Positions 32,382 to 42,085 of a DNA stretch of 64,000 nt are shown one piece after another. Position 1 is the first letter of the stretch, and the number at the start of each line of letters is the position of its first letter. Source of the stretch: Thermoanaerobaculia bacterium (GTDB lineage Bacteria > Acidobacteriota > Thermoanaerobaculia > UBA5066); assembly GCA_038245905.1 (NCBI GenBank), contig JBBRRY010000001.1, positions 256,001-320,000 on the forward strand, read 5' to 3'. The position numbers were made by a program, and so were the translations under genes. The notes below the pieces were generated by a model. The model made no database searches. It saw only the letters and a list, made by a program, of their open reading frames with translations, and was not told the origin of the DNA.

Positions 32382-33467
32382 GTGAACGCACCGAACGCCT
32401 TTCACCCCACGACCCACTGGCATTCCGTCGCAGACGACCGGATCCAGTGTGACGTCTGCCCGCGGGAGTGCCGCCTCAAGGAAGGCCAGGACGGCCACTG
32501 CTTCGTGCGGGCCGCGCGGGGAGGAGCGATCGTTCTGACGACTTACGGGCGCAGCAGCGGCTTCTGCGTCGACCCGATCGAAAAAAAGCCGCTGAACCAC
32601 TTCCTCCCGGGCACGTCCGTCCTCTCATTCGGCACCGCCGGCTGCAACCTCGCCTGTCGTTTCTGCCAGAACTACGACATTTCGAAATCCCGCGAGACGG
32701 ACACACTCGCTGACTCGGCCTCCCCCGAACGCATCGCGCGCGCGGCCGTCGAGCACGGCTGCCGGAGCGTCGCCTTCACGTACAACGACCCGGTCGTCTT
32801 CATGGAGTACGCGATCGACGTGGCTGCCGCTTGCCGCGACGGTGGCGTCAAGACGGTGGCCGTGACAGCGGGCTACATCTCGCCGAAGGCCCGCGCGGAG
32901 CTCTTCGCGGTGATGGACGCCGCAAACGTCGACCTCAAGGCGTTCACGGAGGACTTCTACGCAAAGACGTGCGGCGCGCACCTCGCGCCCGTCCTCGACA
33001 CGCTCGAGTATCTCGTGAAGGAGACGAAGGTCTGGGTCGAGATCACGACTCTCCTCATCCCCGGTCTGAACGACTCCAACGCCGAGATCGACGCGATGAC
33101 GCGCTGGATTGGGGAGTGCCTCGGTCCGGACGTTCCGCTCCACTTCACGGCGTACCACCCCGACTGGAAGATGCGCGACCGGGAGGCCACGCCGACGGCG
33201 ACGCTGCGGCGGGCGCGCGGGATCGCACAGAGGAACGGCCTGAATTACGTCTACACCGGCAACGTCCACGACCCCGACGGCCAGAGCACGGTCTGCCACG
33301 AATGCGGCACGACGCTCATCGAAAGGGACGGATACGAAATCGGCGCGTGGCGGATTCGCTCCGGCGGTTTCTGCACGATGTGCGGGAGCCAGTGTCCGGG
33401 ACTGTTCGAGGAAATCCCCGGTACCTGGGGCGCTCGGCGCCTTGCCGTCCATCTGGCGGCGTCGTGA
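32382..33467 (+). CDS. amrS: AmmeMemoRadiSam system radical SAM enzyme
   Basis: CDVCPREC, DPIEKKPLNHF, GCNLACRFCQNYDIS, AFTYNDP, YVYTGNVHD. Confidence 0.93.
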   Translation: MNAPNAFHPTTHWHSVADDRIQCDVCPRECRLKEGQDGHCFVRAARGGAIVLTTYGRSSGFCVDPIEKKPLNHFLPGTSVLSFGTAGCNLACRFCQNYDISKSRETDTLADSASPERIARAAVEHGCRSVAFTYNDPVVFMEYAIDVAAACRDGGVKTVAVTAGYISPKARAELFAVMDAANVDLKAFTEDFYAKTCGAHLAPVLDTLEYLVKETKVWVEITTLLIPGLNDSNAEIDAMTRWIGECLGPDVPLHFTAYHPDWKMRDREATPTATLRRARGIAQRNGLNYVYTGNVHDPDGQSTVCHECGTTLIERDGYEIGAWRIRSGGFCTMCGSQCPGLFEEIPGTWGARRLAVHLAAS

Positions 33468-34279
33468 CGGCGAGACGCGTACGCCCGCCTGCCGTCGCCG
33501 GGACGTTCTACCCCGGCCGCCCCAGTGATCTCGCCCGAACCGTCGACGACCTGCTCGCCGAAGCCGGTCATCCGCCGGACGGGCCTCCGCCCGTCGCGCT
33601 CGTGGTCCCGCACGCCGGCTTCGTCTACTCGGGGCCTGTCGCCGCGAGCGCGTACGCGCGCTTGAAGACTCACGCGGCCTCGATCGCCCGCGTCGTCGCG
33701 TTCGGTCCGGTGCACCGCGTGCCGGTGCGCGGCGCGGCCGTTCCGGCTGCCGATGCGTGGGCAACACCCCTCGGCGAGGTGCCGATCGACGCCGGCCTGC
33801 GCGCACGGGCGGTCGCGCGCGGCGCCGTCGTGGACGACAGGCCTCACGCTCCCGAGCACGCGCTGGAGGTGCAGCTCCCCTTCCTCCAGCGCATCCTCGA
33901 CGAAGGGTTCACGTTCCTTCCTGTCGCGGTCTCGGAGCTGTCCGCGCGGGCCGCGGCCGACCTCGTCGACGAATTTCTCGGCGAGACAGGCACGCTCGTC
34001 CTCGTGAGCACGGACCTGAGCCATTACCACGACCTCGTCACGGCGCGCCGCCGCGACAGGTGCACGGCGGACTCGATCCTCGCGCGCGAGCCCGAAAAGC
34101 TCTCCGGCGAAGACGCGTGCGGTTTCTATCCGCTGAGGGGCCTCATGGAGCTGGCAAGGCGAAAAGGCCTCCCGGTGACTCTCCTCGACCTGAGGACCTC
34201 AGGCGACACCGCCGGGGACCCGGAAAGTGTCGTCGGCTATGGGGCGTTCGCAATTCCTAGTCTCATTAACCCATTCTAA
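33464..34279 (+). CDS. amrB: AmmeMemoRadiSam system protein B (MEMO1 family)
   Basis: [45 protein letters not shown]...VVGY. Confidence 0.93.
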   Translation: MTARRVRPPAVAGTFYPGRPSDLARTVDDLLAEAGHPPDGPPPVALVVPHAGFVYSGPVAASAYARLKTHAASIARVVAFGPVHRVPVRGAAVPAADAWATPLGEVPIDAGLRARAVARGAVVDDRPHAPEHALEVQLPFLQRILDEGFTFLPVAVSELSARAAADLVDEFLGETGTLVLVSTDLSHYHDLVTARRRDRCTADSILAREPEKLSGEDACGFYPLRGLMELARRKGLPVTLLDLRTSGDTAGDPESVVGYGAFAIPSLINPF

Positions 34280-34286
34280 GTAAATC
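34271..34286 (+). repeat. Dispersed motif single variant copy D
   Basis: CCATTCTAAGTAAATC spanning the amrB stop, just upstream of the suf promoter. Confidence 0.55.
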
Positions 34287-34297
34287 TGTTACCTCTC

Positions 34298-34343
34298 TTG
34301 ACTGTATCGGTCCTATTTTATATCGTACCAATTCGGTTCGATA
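34298..34343 (+). promoter_or_regulatory. suf promoter and putative Rrf2 operator
   Basis: TTGACT-17 nt-TATCGT; inverted repeat TATCGTACC-aattc-GGTTCGATA (34321-34343, 8/9 match) over the -10, with a third half-site TATCGGTCC upstream. Confidence 0.7.
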
Positions 34344-34375
34344 TCGATCACTGTACTCGAACCCGGGAGACCGCG

Positions 34376-34861
34376 ATGTTCCGAATGACGAAGATGACCG
34401 ACTACGGGATCGTGCTTCTGACGCACTACGCGGCGCACGACGACCAGGTGGCGCACACGGCGCGCGAGCTGGCGCTCGAGACGCGGCTCCCCCTCCCCAC
34501 CGTGGGCAAGCTCCTGAAACAGCTTTCCCGCGGCGGGCTTCTCGCCTCGCAGCGCGGCACGAAGGGCGGCTACGTCCTCTCGCGGCCACCGCGGGAGATC
34601 ACGATTTCCGCGATCATCGCGACGCTCGAGGGCCCGGTCGCGATCACCGAGTGCAATACGGCAGAGAGCCACAGCCGGTGCGAGCACGAGAGCTTCTGCT
34701 CGGTGCGCCCCAACTGGCAGATCATCAACGACACGATCCGCGGCGCCCTCGAGGGCCTGACTCTCGCGGACATGACCCGTCCGCTCGCGCCCCGGTCCCG
34801 GCCGCCTGCGTTCTCTTCCGGCCTTCCCGTGCGCGCGCCGGAAGGAAGGAGCGCGCTGTGA
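34376..34861 (+). CDS. SUF-associated Rrf2 family regulator
   Basis: [35 protein letters not shown]. Confidence 0.92.
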   Translation: MFRMTKMTDYGIVLLTHYAAHDDQVAHTARELALETRLPLPTVGKLLKQLSRGGLLASQRGTKGGYVLSRPPREITISAIIATLEGPVAITECNTAESHSRCEHESFCSVRPNWQIINDTIRGALEGLTLADMTRPLAPRSRPPAFSSGLPVRAPEGRSAL

Positions 34862-36299
34862 GCGACGCCGTCCTCGACGCCCTCACCCAGCAGGAATACC
34901 AGCACGGCTTCGTCACGGACATCGACACCGAGAGCATCCCGGCCGGCCTCTCCGAAGACGTCGTGCGCCTCATCTCGAAGAAGAAGGGTGAGCCCGAGTG
35001 GCTGCTCGAATGGAGGCTCAAGGCCTACCGGCATTGGCTCACGATGACCGAGCCGACGTGGGCGCGTGTCACCTACCCCGCGATCGACTACCAGAAGATC
35101 GTCTATTACGCCGCACCGAAGTCCGCGAAGGACGGGGCGCCGAAAAGCCTCGCCGACGTGGATCCCGAGCTGATCGCCATGTACGAGAAGCTCGGCGTGC
35201 CGCTGAAAGAGCGGGAGATTCTCGCCGGGGTCGCCGTGGACGCCGTCATCGACAGCGTGTCGGTGGCGACCACCTTCAAGGACAAGCTTGCGTCCCTCGG
35301 CATCATCTTCTGTTCCTTCTCCGAGGCCGTGCGCGAGCATCCCGACCTCGTGAAGAAGTACCTCGGCAGCGTCGTGCCGTCGAGCGACAACTTCTTCGCG
35401 GCGCTGAATTCGGCGGTTTTCTCGGACGGCTCGTTCTGCTTCATTCCGAAGGGCGTGCGCTGCCCGATGGAGCTGTCGACGTACTTCCGCATCAACCAGG
35501 CCGACACGGGCCAGTTCGAGAGAACGCTCATCGTCGCGGAGACGGGCGCGGTTGTGTCGTATCTGGAAGGATGTACGGCTCCGAAGCGGGACGTGAACCA
35601 GCTCCACGCCGCGGTCGTCGAGCTCGTCGCGCTGGACGACGCCCAGATCAAGTACTCGACCGTCCAGAACTGGTATCCGGGCGACAAGAACGGAAAGGGC
35701 GGCATCTACAACTTCGTGACGAAGCGCGGCAAGTGCGCCGGAAGGAACTCGCGCATCTCCTGGACGCAAGTCGAGACCGGCTCGGCCATCACGTGGAAGT
35801 ACCCGAGCTGCATCCTCCTCGGCGACGGCTCGGTCGGCGAGTTCTATTCCGTGGCGCTTGCGAACAACTACCAGCAGGCCGACACGGGCACGAAGATGAT
35901 CCACATCGGGAAAAACACACGCTCGACGATCGTGTCCAAGGGCATCTCCGCGGGGCACGGGCAGAACACGTACCGCGGCGCCGTGACGATCATGAAAAAT
36001 GCCGAGGGCGCGCGGAACTATTCCCAATGCGACTCGCTCCTCATCGGCGACCAGTGTGGCGCCCACACCTTTCCTTACATCGAGGTCAAAAACAGCTCGG
36101 CCACGCTCGAGCACGAGGCGTCCACGTCGAAAATCGGCGAGGATCAGCTCTTCTACTGCCGCCAGCGCGGCCTCTCGGCGGAGGACGCCGTGTCGCTCAT
36201 CGTCAACGGATTCGCCAAGCGCGTCCTCAAGGAGCTCCCCATGGAGTTCGCCGTCGAGGCGCAGAAGCTGCTCGGCGTGTCACTCGAAGGATCAGTCGG

Positions 36300-36303
<4 letters not shown>
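34858..36303 (+). CDS. sufB: Fe-S cluster assembly protein SufB
   Basis: [55 protein letters not shown]. Confidence 0.97.
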
Positions 36304-37093
<790 letters not shown>

Positions 37094-37097
<4 letters not shown>

Positions 37098-38476
37098 CGC
37101 GTCCCGCTCCGTCGACGGCCCTTCGTGAGGGGATTCCCACGCTCGCCGCGAGCGCCAGGGAACTCGCGGCGCGGCGGCCGAGCCCGCCCTGGCTGCAGAA
37201 GCTGCGGACGTCCGCCCTCGCCGAGTTCGAGGCGCTCGGCTTCCCGTCGACGAACGACGAGGACTGGCGCTTCACGAACCTGGCACCCCTGGCCCGGACC
37301 GCCTTCGCGCTTTCTCACGACGACGTCTCCCTCGCCGAGCGGACCGCGGCGCTCGAATTGGAAGCGCGGCTTGGACCGTTGGGACTCTCGTCGCCGGAGC
37401 CCCGGATCGTGTTCGTGAACGGGCGTCTTCTGAGGCGATCTCCGGGCAATCTCACCGCCGCGATTCTCTTCGAGTGTATGAAGGACGTTCTCGCGAGATC
37501 GCCGGAGCTTGTCGAACGCGCCCTCGTTGCGCACGCGGCCGAGAGAGACTCTTCGAAGGACTTCTTTGGCGCTCTCTCTGATGCTTTTCTCGACAACGGC
37601 GCGGTCCTGCACGTGCCGGCCGGCGCCCATCTCGAAGAACCTCTCTTCATCCTCCATGTCGCAACGCCGCCGGGCTCCTCGGAAGCGCCCCGAATGGTGC
37701 ATTCACGCAGTCTCTTCACATTCGAAGAAAACTCTTCCGCAACCGTGATCGAGGCGTATCTGGGATCGAGCGGCTCGAGCTTCACGAACAGCCGCACCGA
37801 CGTCACGCTCGCGAGGGGCGCCCGCCTCCAACACGTCACGCTTCAGCTGGAGGGCCCCGACGCGTTTCACGTCGGCCGGCTCGCCGTGACGCAGGCAGCG
37901 GCCTCCCACTCCACGTCTCATGTCTTCTCGTTCGGGGGAAAGCTCGCCCGGAACGAAGTCGCCATCACCCTCTCGGGCGAGGGCGCCTTTGGGGAGCTGA
38001 ACGGCCTGTTCTGCGCCGCCTCTTCCCAGCACGTCGACTGCCATACGCTCATCGACCACGCCCTGCCCCGCGCCTCGAGCGTCGAGCTGTACAAGGGCGT
38101 CCTCGACGGCACGGGCCGCGGCGTCTTCGACGGCAAGATCCTCGTGCGCGCCGGCGCCGCCCGCACGGACGCGCGCCAGACGAATCGCAACCTCGTCCTC
38201 TCCGACAGCGCCCTCGTCGACAGCAAGCCCCAGCTCGAGATCCACAACAACGACGTCCGCTGCACGCACGGCTCGACGACCGGGCGCCTCGACGCCGACG
38301 CCGTGTTCTACCTGCGCTCGCGCGGCCTCTCGCCCGAGGCGGCTCGGGCGCTCCTCACATACGCGTTCGGCAGCGAGCTGATCGAGAAAGTGCCGTCCGC
38401 CGACGTGCGGGCTTTTCTCGAAAACCATCTGCGCGCCTGGCTGCCCGCGAACCTCGCCGCTCCGGAGGCCCGATGA
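37094..38476 (+). CDS. sufD: Fe-S cluster assembly protein SufD
   Basis: [28 protein letters not shown]. Confidence 0.95.
37547..37734. repeat. Dispersed motif cluster E (divergent pair inside sufD)
   Basis: CCTTCGAAGAGTC(-) 37547-37559 and ACATTCGAAGAAAACTC(+) 37718-37734. Confidence 0.7.
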
Positions 38477-39738
38477 GCGCCATCCCGCGACTTTCCCCTG
38501 AAATCAGCGCCCCTGCCGGCGCTTACGACGTGAAAGGCCTCCGCGCCCAGTTCCCGATCCTCTCGCGCACGGTCCATGGCAAGCCGCTTGTGTACCTCGA
38601 CAACGCGAATACCACCCAGAAGCCGCGCGTCGTCATCGACGCGGACCGCCTCTACTACGAGGAATTGAACGCGAACATCCACCGCGGCACGCACTGGCTC
38701 TCCGAGAAGGCTACCGAGGCCTACGAGGGCGCGCGCGCGAAGGTGGCGCGCTTCCTCGGAGCCGCCTCGCCGAAGGAAATCGTCTTCACGCGCGGCACGA
38801 CGGAGGCGATCAATCTCGTCGCCTCGAGCTTTTCGCAGGCATTCCTGAAGGCGGGCGACGAGATTCTCATCACGGGCCTCGAGCACCACTCGAATATCGT
38901 TCCCTGGCAGCTCGCCTGCGAGCGAACGGGCGCGAAGCTCGTCGTCGTCCCGATCACGGACGACGGTGAAGTGCCCGTCGACGAGTTCGCGAAGCGGTTG
39001 ACTCCGCGGACGAAGCTCGCGGCCGTGTCGCACGTGTCGAACGCGCTCGGGACGATCAACGCCGTGCGGGATTTCGTGCGCCTGGCGCACGAGAGGGACG
39101 TGCCCGTCCTCGTGGACGGCGCGCAGGCGGCTCCGCACCTGCCGATCGACGTGAAGGATCTCGGCTGCGATTTCTACGCCGTGTCGGCGCACAAGATGTA
39201 CGGCCCCACGGGCATCGGCGCGCTCTACGGCCGCGAGGAATGGCTCGAGAAGCTGCCCCCGTATCAGGGCGGTGGCGACATGATCTCGTCCGTCACGTTC
39301 GAGAAGACGACGTACAACGAGCTCCCGTGGAAATTCGAGGCGGGCACCGCGAACATCGCGGGCGGCATCGTCTTCGGTGTGGCGGTCGACTGGCTGTCCG
39401 GTGTCGGCCTCCCGGCCGTGGCCGCGCACGAGCACGAGCTGCTCGTACATGGCACCGCGAGACTTTCCGCGATCCCGGGCCTGACAATCGTGGGACGGGC
39501 CCGGGAGAAGGCGGGCGTGATTTCCTTCACGCTCGAAAACGTCCACCCGCACGACATCGGCACGATCCTCGACCGCGAAGGAATCGCCATCCGCACGGGT
39601 CAGCACTGCGCACAGCCGGTCATGGATCGCTTCGGCATTCCGGCGACGGCCCGCGCGTCCTTCGGGCTCTACAACACGCGCGGTGAGGTCGATGCGCTCG
39701 CGGCCGGCCTCGGGAAGGTCTCGGAGATGTTCTCGTGA
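38473..39738 (+). CDS. sufS: Cysteine desulfurase SufS
   Basis: YLDNANTTQKP, EHHSNIVPWQ, SAHKMYGP, RTGQHCA. Confidence 0.96.
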   Translation: MSAIPRLSPEISAPAGAYDVKGLRAQFPILSRTVHGKPLVYLDNANTTQKPRVVIDADRLYYEELNANIHRGTHWLSEKATEAYEGARAKVARFLGAASPKEIVFTRGTTEAINLVASSFSQAFLKAGDEILITGLEHHSNIVPWQLACERTGAKLVVVPITDDGEVPVDEFAKRLTPRTKLAAVSHVSNALGTINAVRDFVRLAHERDVPVLVDGAQAAPHLPIDVKDLGCDFYAVSAHKMYGPTGIGALYGREEWLEKLPPYQGGGDMISSVTFEKTTYNELPWKFEAGTANIAGGIVFGVAVDWLSGVGLPAVAAHEHELLVHGTARLSAIPGLTIVGRAREKAGVISFTLENVHPHDIGTILDREGIAIRTGQHCAQPVMDRFGIPATARASFGLYNTRGEVDALAAGLGKVSEMFS

Positions 39739-40187
39739 CGGAGCTTCGCGACCTCTATCAGGAGGTCATCCTGGATCACAACAAGTCGCCCCACAACTAC
39801 CGGGAGATGCCGGACGCGTCCCGTATCGCGCTCGGACACAACCCGCTCTGCGGCGACAAGCTGAAGCTCTACGTGAGGATCGAGGACGACCGGGTCCTCG
39901 ACGTCGCGTTTCAAGGCTCGGGCTGCGCCATCTCCAAGGCGTCGGCCTCGATCATGACGGACGCAGTCAAGGGAAAGACGCTCGCCGAAGCCGAGACACT
40001 CTACGGGCAATTTCGCGAGCTCCTCACCGGGCCGCCGGACGTCAAGGCGGACGGCGCCGGGCTCGGCAAGCTCGCTGTGTTCTCCGGTGTCCGTGAATTC
40101 CCCGCCCGAGTGAAGTGCGCGACACTCGCGTGGCACACGCTCGAAACCGCATTGAAGGGCGCACCGGAAGTCGCGAAAACGGAATAG
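39735..40187 (+). CDS. sufU: SUF system NifU-like protein SufU
   Basis: LYQEVILDH, NPLCGD, GCAISKASAS, RVKCATLAW. Confidence 0.95.
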   Translation: MTELRDLYQEVILDHNKSPHNYREMPDASRIALGHNPLCGDKLKLYVRIEDDRVLDVAFQGSGCAISKASASIMTDAVKGKTLAEAETLYGQFRELLTGPPDVKADGAGLGKLAVFSGVREFPARVKCATLAWHTLETALKGAPEVAKTE

Positions 40188-40197
40188 AGAGAGACAG

Positions 40198-40548
40198 ATG
40201 GCTGAAGAGAAGATTTTCTTAGAGGGTAATAAGGGCGAGAGCGCATCCCCTCTCGAGCAAAAGGTCATCGACGAAGCGCTGAAGAAGTGCTTCGACCCAG
40301 AGATCCCGGTCAACATCTGGGAGCTGGGGTTGATCTATTCGGTTGCCGTGTCGCCCGAAGGCGCCGCCGACGTGAAGATGACGCTGACGGCGCCCGCGTG
40401 CCCCGTCGCGGGATCCCTTCCCGGCGAGGTCGAGACGAAGATCAAGGCCGTTCCGGGCATCACGGACGCGAAGGTAGAGCTCGTCTGGGACCCGCCCTGG
40501 ACGGCCGGAATGATGTCCCGCGTGGCGCGCGTCATGCTCGGGATGTAG
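40198..40548 (+). CDS. sufT: DUF59 / SufT Fe-S maturation protein
   Basis: DPEIPVNIWELGLIY, MTLTAPACP, WDPPW. Confidence 0.9.
   Translation: MAEEKIFLEGNKGESASPLEQKVIDEALKKCFDPEIPVNIWELGLIYSVAVSPEGAADVKMTLTAPACPVAGSLPGEVETKIKAVPGITDAKVELVWDPPWTAGMMSRVARVMLGM
40212..40227 (-). repeat. Dispersed motif single copy F
   Basis: ACCCTCTAAGAAAATC on minus, encoding KIFLEG in sufT. Confidence 0.7.
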
Positions 40549-42037
40549 CGGGCTCCGGTCTCCGCAGAGACAGCAGCCATCCTGTTCCGAACGCGATCGT
40601 GGAGCCGATGAGGGAGTACCAGGGCCACGCGATCGCCTTGCCGAGCGGGAACGGGATCCAGCCCTTCGAGCCGAGCCACAAGACGAACATGAAGACGGCG
40701 GATGTTGCGATGCCGATCATCGCGTCTGTCTGAGTCGCCTTCTTCGCCCAGAGGGCAAGGAGGAAGCCTCCGAGGAGTCCGCCCGCGGTGACGCTCGCGA
40801 GACCGAGCGCGACCTGCACGGCCGGGACGTTCTGCGGCAGGCGCGAGAACCCGACGGCGAGAGCGGCGAGAACGATCGTCCAGAAGAGGGTGAGCAGCTT
40901 GCCGAGAACGAGCCCGCGCCTTCCCTCCACGTGCTTCCTACCCATTAGGGGCGCGACGATGTCCATCGCGAGGGCCGACGCGAGCGAGTTGAGCGCGGAC
41001 GACTCCGAGCACATCGCGGCAGAGAAGATCCCGGCGACGAGCCAGGCAGAGACGAACGGCGGCAGGCTCGTCACGATGAACGTCGGCAGGATCGCGTCCG
41101 AGGACGCGAACCCGCCCGGCCCGACGACGCGCCCGCCGTAGAACGCGAACATCCCGACGCCGAGCGCGAGGAACAGCGTGAACTGCAGGATCACGAGGAC
41201 GCCTGAGCCGATGAGGGCCTTCTGCGCGTCGCGCAGGCCGCGGCACGCCAACAATCTCTGGACGATCAGCTGGTCGGCGCCGTGGGACGCCATGGCGAGG
41301 ACTGCCCCACCTATGATTCCGGCCCACAGCGTGTACGGTTCGGAAAGATTCTTTGAAAGGTTAAAGAGCGAGACGGGTCTGCCGAGCTCCGAACACCTTC
41401 TAAGAATCTCCTCCCATCCCCCTCCGAATGAATGGAGGAGCACCCAAAGAGCCATCGTCGCGCCCGAGATGTACACGAAGACCTGGATGAGGTCGATCCA
41501 GATCACGGCCTTGATGCCGCCGACGTACGTGTAGAGCGCCGTCGCGGCCGCGAGAATCAGGATGGCGACCCAGACGGGGATCCCGAGGATAAGGGCGATT
41601 GGGATCGCGGGCACCGCGAGGCGGACGCTCGCGGCCATCACCCGCGTGACCATGAAGATGACGGACGTGAACCGCCGCGCGCCGACACCGAAGCGGCGCT
41701 CGAGGAGCGCGTACGCCGTCGTAATCTCTCCGTGGAAGTATCCAGGCAGGAGCAGGAACGACACGGCGATCCGCCCGATCAGGTAGCCGAACGCGAGCTG
41801 CAGGAACGTGAAGCCGGTCCGGTACGCGTCGCCCGGCACGGAGAGAAAAGTCAGGGCCGATGTCTCCGTCGCGACGATGGACGCCATGACGGCCCACCAC
41901 GGCATGGCGTGGCCGCCCAGGAAATAGTCCTTCGCGTCCTTCTGGCCCTTTCCGAGCCAGGCGCCGAGCACGTTGATACCGGCGAGGTACAGCGCGATCG
42001 CGATGAGCGTCGGCAGCCCGAGGGAAATCCCTTCCAT
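40532..42037 (-). CDS. Sodium:solute symporter (SSS) family protein
   Basis: DYFLGG, SIVATETSALTF, GGIKAVIWIDLIQ, DQLIVQRLL; many TM helices. Confidence 0.92.
   Translation of the reverse strand: MEGISLGLPTLIAIALYLAGINVLGAWLGKGQKDAKDYFLGGHAMPWWAVMASIVATETSALTFLSVPGDAYRTGFTFLQLAFGYLIGRIAVSFLLLPGYFHGEITTAYALLERRFGVGARRFTSVIFMVTRVMAASVRLAVPAIPIALILGIPVWVAILILAAATALYTYVGGIKAVIWIDLIQVFVYISGATMALWVLLHSFGGGWEEILRRCSELGRPVSLFNLSKNLSEPYTLWAGIIGGAVLAMASHGADQLIVQRLLACRGLRDAQKALIGSGVLVILQFTLFLALGVGMFAFYGGRVVGPGGFASSDAILPTFIVTSLPPFVSAWLVAGIFSAAMCSESSALNSLASALAMDIVAPLMGRKHVEGRRGLVLGKLLTLFWTIVLAALAVGFSRLPQNVPAVQVALGLASVTAGGLLGGFLLALWAKKATQTDAMIGIATSAVFMFVLWLGSKGWIPFPLGKAIAWPWYSLIGSTIAFGTGWLLSLRRPEPATSRA
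41347..41408. repeat. Dispersed motif cluster G (divergent pair inside the SSS gene)
   Basis: ACCTTTCAAAGAATC(-) 41347-41361 and ACCTTCTAAGAATC(+) 41395-41408. Confidence 0.8.
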
Positions 42038-42085
42038 GTGGGCGGGATGATCACACAGGGGCCTCGCTTCGCTTAAGCTCGCGGA

